A stretch of 64,000 nt of DNA, from contig CM082589.2 in assembly GCA_040954595.2 (NCBI GenBank), positions 10,428,894-10,492,893 of the forward strand, given 5' to 3'. The notes under the pieces were generated by a model. That model worked only from the letters and a program-made list of their open reading frames with translations. It made no database searches and had not been told where the DNA came from. The position numbers and the translations under genes are program-made. The first letter of the stretch is position 1, and every line of letters begins with the position of its first letter. This stretch comes from Balanoglossus misakiensis. Lineage: Eukaryota > Animalia > Hemichordata. Shown here piece by piece: positions 15,001 through 24,014 of the stretch.

Positions 15001-18000
15001 ATGCGCATAGGCCTCTCTATGTGTTCTGCGCATCACAACAGAATTTTGTAAACAAACGATGCTTTGTTTGGAAGCAACCATGGAAATTTTAGAACTATCC
15101 GTCGATCTACGGAGTCTAGTGGAAAAATTTCTTATGCGCATAGGCATATGTATGTGTTCTACGCATCACAACAGAATTTGGTAAATAAACGAGGCTGTTT
15201 GGAAGCAACCATGGAAATTTTAGAACTATCCGTCGATCTACAGAGTCTAGTGGAAAACGTTCTTATGCGCATAGGCCTATCTATGTATTATGCGCATCAC
15301 AACAGAAATCGCTAAATAAACGAGGCTGTATTTGGAAGCAACCATGTAAATTTTACAACTATCCGTCGATCTACAGAGTCTGGTGGAAAACTTTCTTATG
15401 CGCACAGGCCTATTACGTGTTCTGCGCCTAACAACAGAATTCGGTAAATAAACGAGGCTGTTTGGAAGCAACCATGGAAATTTAAGAACTATCCGTCGAT
15501 CTACAGAGACTATAGTGGAAAAATGTTTTATGCGCATAGGCCTATCATGTGTTATGCACATCACAACAGAATTTTGTAAAGAAACGAGGCTTTGTTTGGA
15601 AGCAACAATTGAAATTTTAGAACTATCTCTCGATCTACGGAGTATAGTGGAAAACGTTCATATGCGCATAGGCCTATCTATGTGTTCTGAGCATCACAAC
15701 AGAATTTTGTAAACAATCGAGGATGTGTTTGGAAGCAATCATGGAAATTTTAGAACAATCCGTCGATCTACAGAGTCTAGTGGGAAACTTTCTTATGCGC
15801 ATAGGCATATGTATGTGTTCAGCGCATCACAACAGAATTTTGTAAATGAACGAGGCTGTGTTTGGAAACAACCATGGAAATTTTAGAACTTTCTCTCGAT
15901 CTACAGAGTCTAGTGGAAAACGTTCTTATGCGCATAGGCGTATATATGTGTTATGCGCATCACAACAGAAATCGGTAAATAAACGAGGCTGTATTTGGAA
16001 GCAACCATGTAAATTTTACAACTATCCGTCGATCTACAGAGTTTGGTGGAAAACTTTCTTATGCGCATAGGCCTATTACGTGTTCTGCGCCTAACAACAG
16101 AATTCGGTAAATAAACGAGGCTGTTTGGAAACAACCATGGAAATTTTAGAACTATCCGTCGATCTACAGAGTCTAGTGGAAAAACGTTCATGTGCGCATA
16201 GGCCTATCATGTGTTATGCACATCACAACAAAATTTTGTAAACAAACGAGGCTTTGTTTGGAAGCAACAATGGAAATTTTAGAACTATCTGTCGATCTAC
16301 GGAGTATAGTGGAAAACGTTCATATGCGCATAGGCCTATATATGTGTTCTGCGCCTCACAACATAATTCCGTAAATAAACGACGCTGTTTGGAAGCAACC
16401 GTGGAAATTTTAGAACTATCTCTCGATCTACAGAGTATAGTGGAAAACGTTCATATGCGCATAGGCCTATCATGTGTTATGCACATCACAACATAATTTT
16501 GTAAACAAACGAGGCTTTGTTTGGAAGCAACAATGAAAATTTTAGAACTATCTGTCGATCTACGGAGTCTAGTGGAAAACGTTCATATATGCGCATAGGC
16601 CTATCATGTGTTATGCACATCACAACAGAATTTTGTAAACAAACGAGGCTTTGTTTGGAAGCAACAATGGAAATTTTAGAACTATCTGTCGATCTACGGA
16701 GTATAGTGGAAAACGTTCATATGCGCATAGGCCTATATATGTGTTCTGCGCATCACAACAGAATTTTGTAAACAATCGAGGCTTTGTTTGGAAGCAACAA
16801 TGGAAATTTTAGAACTATCTGTCGATCTACGGAGTATAGTGGAAAACGTTCATATGCGCATAGGCCTATATATGTGTTCTGCGCATCACAACAGAATTTT
16901 GTAAACAAACGAGGCTTTGTTTGGAAGCAACAATGGAAATTTTAGAACTATCTCTCGATCTACAGAGTATAGTGGAAAACGTTCTTATGCGCATAGGCCT
17001 ATCATGTGTTATGCACATCACAACAGAATTTTGTAAACAAACGAGGCTTTGTTTGGAAGCAACAATGGAAATTTTAGAACTATCTCTCGATCTACAGAGT
17101 CTAGTGGGAAACGTTCTTATGCGCATAGGCCTATCATGTGTTATGCACATCACAACAGAATTTTGTAAACAATCGAGGATGTGTTTGGAAGCAATCATGG
17201 AAATTTTAGAACTATCCGTCGATCTACAGAGTCTAGTGGGAAACTTTCTTATGCGCATAGGCATATGTATGTGTTCAGCGCATCACAACAGAATTTTGTA
17301 AATGAACGAGGCTGTGTTTGGAAACAACCATGGAAATTTTAGAACTATCTCTCGATCTACAGAGTCTAGTGTAAAACTTTATTATGCACATAGGCCTATC
17401 TATGTATTATGCGCATCACAACAGAAATCGCTAAATAAACGAGGCTGTATTTGGAAGCAACCATGTAAATTTTACAACTATCCGTCGATCTACAGAGTCT
17501 GGTGGAAAACTTTCTTATGCGCATAGGCCTATTACGTGTTCTGCGCCTAACAACAGAATTCGGTAAATAAACGAGGCTGTTTGGAAGCAACCATGGAAAT
17601 TTTTGAACTATCCGTCGATCTACAGAGTCTAGTGGAAAAATGTCTTATGCGCATAGGCCTATCGTGTGTTCTGCGCCTCACAACATAATTCCGTAAATAA
17701 ACGAGGCTGTTTGGAAGCAACCGTGGAAATTTTAGAACTATCTCTCGATCTACAGAGTATAGTGGAAAACGTTCATATGCGCATAGGCCTATCATGTGTT
17801 ATGCACATCACAACATAATTTTGTAAACAAACGAGGCTTTGTTTGGAAGCAACCGTGGAAATTTTAGAACTATCTCTCAATCTACAGAGTATAGTGGAAA
17901 ACGTTCATATGCGCATAGGCCTATCATGTGTTATGCACATCACAACATAATTTTGTAAACAAACGAGGCTTTGTTTGGAAGCAACATTGGAAATTTTAGA

Positions 18001-18041
18001 ACTATCTGTCGATCTACGGAGTATAGTGGAAAACGTTCATA
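1..18041 (+). repeat. ~132-bp tandem satellite array, left arm (about 137 monomers; centromeric or pericentromeric type)
   Basis: Monomer approx. GTTTGGAAGCAACCATGGAAATTTTAGAACTATCCGTCGATCTACAGAGTCTAGTGGAAAACGTTCTTATGCGCATAGGCCTATCTATGTGTTCTGCGCATCACAACAGAATTTTGTAAACAAACGAGGCTGT. The GGAAGC/GGAAAC anchor recurs at 62, 195, 328, 459, 589 (133, 133, 131, 130 bp). Head-to-tail throughout. A centromeric role is inference only. Confidence 0.98.
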
Positions 18042-18054
18042 CACTGCAAATTCT
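18042..18054 (+). repeat. Left terminal inverted repeat (13 bp, CACTGCAAATTCT), preceded by TA TSD at 18040-18041
   Basis: Exact reverse complement of 24002-24014. Confidence 0.95.
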
Positions 18055-18066
18055 GCAAAAACAAGC

Positions 18067-18441
18067 CGGTTTGTACTCAAGCCATTCGGGTTTGCTGACA
18101 AGCCATCTCGTCATACTTGCCGAAACTTCGGTATTTCCACAAGCCGCTAAATTGTCTGGTGTGTGCCAGCAAGCCAGTCAATGTTAGAAAAATGGTTTGT
18201 AAATACGCCGCTGGACAACCTGTCTGGAATGGCTTATTATTAAGCCATTGAACAAAATCTCTGGTTTGCTCGCAAACTTTAGTGATACTTATGTCTGGCT
18301 CGAATTTGTACCATATTTAACCTTGGCTGCATTTTAAGCCGTTGGAGTTAGTGGTCGCTTTTCAAACCATAAAAAGATGTAAGTATGGTTTGAAAACACG
18401 CCATGGAAAACTTTGCCGGGATGTGGTTCATATACACGCCA
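18067..18441. repeat. Left subterminal array of ~12 degenerate 18-bp palindromes (TGGYTTG-N4-CAARCCA)
   Basis: Copies start at 18067, 18088, 18129, 18159, 18193, 18230 (TGGCTTAttatTAAGCCA, perfect arms), 18262, 18296, 18324, 18352, 18386, 18424. Confidence 0.85.
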
Positions 18442-18469
18442 CGCTGGGCACAATGTCTTGCGAAATACC

Positions 18470-18769
18470 CTGATTTGGCGCGCGAATGCAGGGTCAAAGG
18501 TTATTTATTACACAACTACAACGTTTTGACGCGAGAGAAGACGGTCCACGCGTGAGGAAGCCGATCGAACCACGTCGTTCCCTTTATAAAATTCGTTCAG
18601 CGATTTACAATGCACTCAACCTGTTCCTAAGGTAGAACCGAAATACCATATGCGTGGATAATTACTTTGGCACCGAGCATCGTTATGGAAGGATGACATC
18701 TAATGACTTAGCAGTTGACCGCCAGCATCTACGAGACCGTAACATAGAACAATGCCGGTTGGGGTAAGT
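18470..18769 (+). promoter_or_regulatory. Candidate inward-facing Pol II promoter and first exon of the element
   Basis: CpG-rich patch directly after the left subterminal array, TATAAAA at 18585-18591 and a consensus donor GG|GTAAGT at 18764-18769. Motif-level evidence only. Confidence 0.35.
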
Positions 18770-18770
18770 C

Positions 18771-19332
18771 CTGCTTCCATTCCATTTTGTGACAGTAACT
18801 ACATTTTTGCGAGCAGTGAAGATAATACAAAATTAACAGGCCCGAATCCTGTATATACTGACTTGATCATGTGTTGATGATAGCTGAAAAGCATGTGAGA
18901 AGAAGTAATGTCAAAAGTTTGACAGCATAAAGTAGGGAGTGGGGCCCCAAAGGAATTTCATTATTCTTGCTATTTTCAGCCTCCATCCCCGTTCATTTTT
19001 GTTTATGCATTTTTGTGAGCGAAGACGATGCAAAGTATGTCACTATTAAAAGGCCTGAATCCTTTATATACTGCATTGATCATGTGTGGATGGTTACAAA
19101 AAAGTCTGAGCAAATCAAAAGAATTTTTTTAATGCAGCTCCGGAGTGGGGCCCTATAGCGCCATAGCCTAGGAATTTCACCATGCTTGCTATTGGCAGCC
19201 TACATCCCCATTCATGTTTGTTTATGCACTTTTACTAGTCAAGATAATTCAAAATATGTAATAATATCTATACTGTATTGATCATTTGTAGATCGAGAGA
19301 TATTTCAAATATATGAAGCTTCGAGTGGGGCT
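18771..19332 (+). repeat. Old, diverged tandem triplication of a ~210-bp unit inside the transposon
   Basis: Colinear shared anchors TATACTG..TTGATCAT and GAGTGGGGC in all three copies; AGGAATTTCA..CTTGCTATT..CAGCCT.CATCCCC at both junctions. Copies approx. 18771-18979, 18980-19198 and 19199-19332 (shortened). Confidence 0.8.
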
Positions 19333-19406
19333 AGTGGCAGCGGAAGTCAACATTGGGGGGGGGGGTAACCGCAATAAAATGTTGTTTTGTGTTCCAATAC
19401 TATATC

Positions 19407-19822
19407 AATGGATACCCATAATATTTAAATCATTGGCTGAATAATTTTTTTTTGATAAACCGTGATCTCGGACCACAGGATTATTTAACCCCTGCATGCC
19501 TGCGATTTGTAACAATAATGATTCCTACTTTAATTGAACCCCAGATATTTGCATAAGAATGAAATAATGGATACCCATAATATTTAAATCATTGGCTGAT
19601 TAATTTTTTTTTGATAAACCATGATCTCGGACCACAGGATTATTTAACCCCTGCATGCCTGCGATTTGTAACAATAATGATTTAAATCATTGGCTGAATA
19701 TTTTTTTTTGATAAACCATGATCTCGGACCACAGGATTATTTAACCCCTGCATGCCTGCGATTTGTAACAATAATGATTCCTACTTTAATTGAACCCCAG
19801 ATATTTGCATAAGAATGAAATA
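19407..19822 (+). repeat. Recent tandem triplication of a 159-bp unit with a deletion at the copy 2/3 junction
   Basis: AATGGATACCCATAATATTTAAATCATTGGCTGA... at 19407 and 19566. The third copy starts 5'-truncated at 19681. The core GATCTCGGACCACAGGATTATTTAACCCCTGCATGCCTGCGATTTGTAACAATAATGA is identical three times. Confidence 0.95.
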
Positions 19823-20303
19823 AATGATCTTGGTTTTGCAGGAGTGGTGATACTGGTTATGGGAAGGAGCAGTTTTTATTTTATTAGGCACCACAAAAAT
19901 ATGAAAAAGTCAACAAGTAGCATTTATGTCGAAGCATACACGGTATGTATAATTAAGTAGATTTTGTTATTTTTTTAATATCCATTTTTGTCATCTAGTC
20001 ATCTGTTTTCTTTACAGTTTAGTTTGTAGGGACTTCATTATAAAATACCAACCATGTGGTTATAATTTCAGTATTGCATTTGGGAAGAGATTTTACTATT
20101 TATGCCTAAAAACGAGTTTTAAAGGAACATGCCTATCTGTATTTATTAATATAGTCCAGCTATCATGTATGTAACATGTATTCAGTTATAGTCAAAGGAA
20201 ACAATTCACTAAACTCTAGGTGCGAAATTTCATGCATTGCTCATTGAATCAATTTCATCTTGTTTGTTACATGCTGTGTATCTCATGGTTATGTTAGTGT
20301 TTC

Positions 20304-21048
20304 ATGGTTGCTGCCTATAACATTAGGATGGCACCATATCGTAGTGTTGTATCGGTCAGTCTCATGTTCTCATATGGTTGCTGCCTATAACAGTAGGATG
20401 GCACCACATCGTAGTGTTGTATCGGTCAGTCTCATGTTCTCATATGGTTGCTGCCTATAACATTAGGATGGCACCATATCGTAGTGTTGTATCGGTCAGT
20501 CTCATGTTCTCATATGGTTGCTGCCTATAACATTAGGATGGCACCATATCGTAGTGTTGTATCGGTCAGTCTCATGTTCTCATATGGTTGCTGCCTATAA
20601 CATTAGGATGGCACCATATCGTAGTGTTGTATCGGTCAGTCTCATGTTCTCATATGGTTGCTGCCTATAACATTAGGATGGCACCATATCGTAGTGTTGT
20701 ATCGGTCAGTCTCATGTTCTCATATGGTTGCTGCCTATAACATTAGGATGGCACCATATCGTAGTGTTGTATCGGTCAGTCTCATGTTCTCATATGGTTG
20801 CTGCCTATAACAGTAGGATGGCACCATATCGTAGTGTTGTATCGGTCAGTCTCATGTTCTCATATGGTTGCTGCCTATAACATTAGGATGGCACCATATC
20901 GTAGTGTTGTATCGGTCAGTCTCATGTTCTCATATGGTTGCTGCCTATAACATTAGGATGGCACCATATCGTAGTGTTGTATCGGTCAGTCTCATGTTCT
21001 CATATGGTTGCTGCCTATAACATTAGGATGGCACCATATCGTAGTGTT
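20304..21048 (+). repeat. 70-bp minisatellite, ~10.6 near-identical copies
   Basis: Unit GTAGTGTTGTATCGGTCAGTCTCATGTTCTCATATGGTTGCTGCCTATAACATTAGGATGGCACCATATC. Only three substitutions seen (20393, 20407, 20813). Confidence 0.97.
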
Positions 21049-21220
21049 TTGTGGTATGTGTGTCAGTCTCATAGTCATTCCCCATTGATAAATAGAGAGA
21101 CACTATCTTCTTTTGTTGAGTATGTCTCATACGAGTCATTGTCATATTTTCTTGTGTACATATGTGTTATGTGTTGTTTTCATGCTGGAAATTGTTTCTA
21201 AAATACACTCATGTTAATTT

Positions 21221-22568
21221 CTAACAAGATTGTTTTCTCTTTTTGTTTTTCACTATTTGAGAGTGTTTCCCATTGAAAGAAGACGAAGTTTCATAGTAAG
21301 GAAGAAGATACTCAAGGCTACTGCCATGACTCCAATACTCAAATGCATATAAAGGAGGATTTAAAAGTACTTTTCCACACTTAATGGTGACTTTGAAATC
21401 TGTATTCATGTCAGTTTTGACAAACAGTAGATTCAAAAAGTGAGGCATTTTTGATGGATTGAAATGATTTTCCCTAACCACTTGAACGGAAAATGAGATA
21501 AAAGTTTTATTGTATATATTTTCTATCATTTATGGGGTTAATTCATTTGATTTACATAATACCATGTATTTACCGTTGTTCCTTTTTTCTTACATTGTCA
21601 TTACAATAATAATGATTGACCAAAAAAGATCTTTCTCGGTGTGCTTTTTTGACAGGTTAACATACCATTGACTGTGGAGTACTAAGATGCTGCATGTCAC
21701 AATGTTCGCGCTATAAACAGTCAACCAAAGTTAACACGAGCAATTGTGATGTGAGTTCTTTTACCTAACCAAAATGAAGCCAAAACTTTACTCAAATAAC
21801 TATTTGATGATAGCTTAATGTTGGCAATACTTCAGGTCAGAATCAAATGTGATAGAAACACGTGTTTGTAAATCGGGTACGTTTCACCGGCCAAGGATAA
21901 CAAGGTAGTAGGTCAAAGGTTTTACAGTGAGCACAACACAATATTCAAGTGAAAGTATATTTATTCACCTGATAGCTTAACCATAATAAATAATATACAT
22001 ATATACACCCAAATCCACCACCAGCACTTGTTGACTCCGACAGCACTGTGCAGCCTATCAATCATATAATTGGTAAAACACACAGAGCATATGGTATAGC
22101 CTAGTGCTGGTTGTGTGAATTTGGGAAAACAAGAGTAATAAATGCAATAACCTTTGCAATGCAAACTTGACAATGATGAAATATACTCTACACGAGCTAG
22201 TCACCAAGCACACATTTAACTGGCGCTAGTCACAGGAAAATAATTCAATAACTGCAGTGAAGTTTATAATATTAACAATAAAAGATTAAATAAACTGTGA
22301 TGGCATTTAGCTCAGTCCTATTCTAAGGCGTGTGTGTACGAACGTTACCGGTAAACTGCAATGGCTCGCGCGCGTCTTCTCCGTCGTAGAAAGTCAGTTC
22401 TGGTAGAGATATAGACACAACGTTGCTTTCACAGAACTTCAGGCGACATAACACGATGGCACGGCGATGTCCAGCAATTTCTGTTAGTCCAGCACTGTTC
22501 GCTTGAAGTAGAGCATGTCCTTGTATATTGAACCAATTTCAACAGCACATGGTAGTCTGCCACATCAT
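21221..22568 (-). pseudogene. Possible two-exon small gene or pseudogene of unknown product (159 codons, in-frame TGA at codon 10)
   Basis: Exon 1 22568-22349 (MMWQTTMCC*NWFNIQGHALL...EPLQFT), donor G|GTAACG at 22348, pyrimidine-rich acceptor TTTTATCTCATTTTCCGTTCAAG ending at 21481, exon 2 21480-21221 in matching phase (VVRENHF...KNKKRKQSC*). No family recognised, and the acceptor is AAG rather than YAG. Confidence 0.2.
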
Positions 22569-22623
22569 CACTTCATTGTTGCACTATAGCCAGATGTTGT
22601 GAGTACCTCAGATCTTGATTTGT

Positions 22624-22658
22624 ACTGCCCGTATTTCAAGCTGAGTGTCCCTTTTATA
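22624..22658 (-). promoter_or_regulatory. Candidate TATA box plus initiator on the minus strand
   Basis: TATAAAAG (22658-22651) followed by CAGT with its A at 22626, 32 nt from the first T, close to canonical TATA-Inr spacing. Confidence 0.35.
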
Positions 22659-23362
22659 CTCATCATTAGCATCTCAATGGAGCTAATATGGGGTGATGAT
22701 TGACAAGTTGAAGTTCTGCCCTCTAGATAGCTTCTTTTGTTTTTCTTAATAAGCTGTACATAGGTTAATTGCAATCATAATGTTACACAGTTGTTTACAA
22801 CGCGTCTTGAAATCGTTGATCGTAATGACAGTCCGTAATCAACGTTGAACCATATGCCGACGAATTTGCGTGTATGTATGTGTGTAAAAATAAACTTTCT
22901 AAACTATGCCATCTTAATAAACCTATCTAATGCCATCATATAAATAATTTAAAATAACAAAAGATAGTGTGACACTGCACATTATGACACATGTTATGCT
23001 TCAAGACCAAGTTATTTAAGGGCATAGTAACTAACTTTGGGCTATTTTTTATGTATTTTTGTTCAGTGTATCGACTCCTTATTTCTGTTGTACTCCTTAA
23101 AGCATGATTAACTGCCCAGGTTCAGGATCTCAACTTTGGCCTTTGCAAATGAGTTCAGGTCTGGACTAAAATTATGTTTTTTGACAATTGCTGATTGTAC
23201 AATTATGGCAGTGTATAGAATCTAGTAAATGGCATTGCATCATGCTTTGGTGAGTTGAACAAGAAACTGCAGTCACTTGAAAGAGCAAAAATGCTAAAAA
23301 TGGCCCAAATTTATAACTATAGCTTTTAGGTAAACAGAAGCCAAACATGCAATTCAAATTTT

Positions 23363-23863
23363 TGGCTTGCTTACAAACTGCATTCTGTGTAAGAATGGTT
23401 TGTATACATGCCAAAGCCCAAGCAGAGTGGCTGATTTTTAAACCACTGCTCAAGCATTCTCAGTTTGTCAGCAAACCAGGAAATGCTAATTTTTGGTTTG
23501 CTGGCAAACTGAAGTGATTCATGTTTGGTTTGCTAGCACACCAGTTTTAAGTAGAAGTTGGCTTTCAGACAAGCCAATGTAAATTTTAAGGGTTTACGTA
23601 CAACCCCCTTGTATTATTCGACGGTTTGTTGGCAAGCCATTGTTTTAGAAAGTGGCTTACATGCAAGCCATCATAATATATTCATTGGTTTATATACAAA
23701 CCCCTTAGATTTGTGATGGTTTGTTGACAAACCACTGGATAATGAATCGGTGTGTCTTCAAGCTCATTTGCTGAATAGAATGGCATGCCAGCAAACCATA
23801 TTTCGGTACTATGGTTGGCCAACACACCATTCATTAAACTTGCTGTGGTCTATCAGCAAGCCG
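23363..23863. repeat. Right subterminal array of 16 degenerate 18-bp palindromes at ~32-bp pitch with unique spacers
   Basis: Copies start at 23363, 23396, 23428, 23461, 23494, 23526, 23559, 23590, 23622, 23653, 23686, 23717 (TGGTTTGttgaCAAACCA, perfect arms), 23748, 23781, 23812, 23846. Intervals are 31-34 bp. Confidence 0.92.
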
Positions 23864-23888
23864 GTAAGTTATATAAAACGGCAACTCA

Positions 23889-23989
23889 GCAAGCTAAATT
23901 CAAGCCAAAATCAAGCCAGATTTGAAGAAACGAAAGAAGCCGATTTGCGACAAACAAGCCGGTTTGAATTTGGCTTGAATTTAGCTTGC
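23889..23989. repeat. 29-bp inverted repeat (2 mismatches, 43-bp loop) just inside the right TIR
   Basis: GCAAGCTAAATTCAAGCCAAAATCAAGCC (23889-23917) pairs with GGTTTGAATTTGGCTTGAATTTAGCTTGC (23961-23989). Confidence 0.9.
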
Positions 23990-24001
23990 AGGAAAGCCAG
24001 A

Positions 24002-24014
24002 AGAATTTGCAGTG
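24002..24014 (-). repeat. Right terminal inverted repeat (AGAATTTGCAGTG), followed by TA TSD at 24015-24016
   Basis: Exact reverse complement of 18042-18054. Confidence 0.95.

Larger units (their letters stand above)
18042..24014. mobile_element. 5,973-bp TIR DNA transposon, probably non-autonomous EnSpm/CACTA (CMC superfamily)
   Basis: Junctions ...AACGTTCA-TA|CACTGCAAATTCT ... AGAATTTGCAGTG|TA-TGCGCATAGG. Removing the element and one TA restores the normal monomer TTCATATGCGCAT. CACT-starting short TIRs, a 2-bp TSD and multi-copy subterminal motifs fit animal EnSpm/CACTA elements. The longest internal ORF is 102 aa and no DDE transposase was recognised. The insertion itself is near-certain; the superfamily assignment is less so. 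Confidence 0.9.

Noticed and set aside
19331-19372. Nested MITE terminus or G-quadruplex at TAGTGGCAGCGGAAG...poly-G
   Set aside because: No matching opposite terminus or TSD was found. A lone G-run is insufficient and is prone to homopolymer error.
20304-21048. CRISPR array or coding repeat interpretation of the 70-bp array (ORFs 20260-20460 and 20938-21201)
   Set aside because: Units are identical with no variable spacers, and 70 bp is not a multiple of 3, so the ORFs cycle through frames and stop.
23363-23863. CRISPR array interpretation of the palindrome-spacer array
   Set aside because: Repeats are degenerate 18-mers, spacers are only 13-16 bp, there are no cas genes, the context is eukaryotic satellite, and the same motif flanks the other transposon end.
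18042-24014. Tc1/mariner, Helitron/Helentron or LTR classification
   Set aside because: A TA TSD alone fits Tc1/mariner, but very short CACT TIRs with extensive subterminal motif arrays favour EnSpm/CACTA. Tc1/mariner is not fully excluded. A TSD plus true terminal TIRs argue against rolling-circle elements, and there are no long direct repeats or RT ORF.
18042-24014. Intact transposase gene
   Set aside because: No ORF exceeds 102 aa and no DDE or TnpD-like motif was recognisable by eye. Short decayed exons cannot be excluded without an HMM search.
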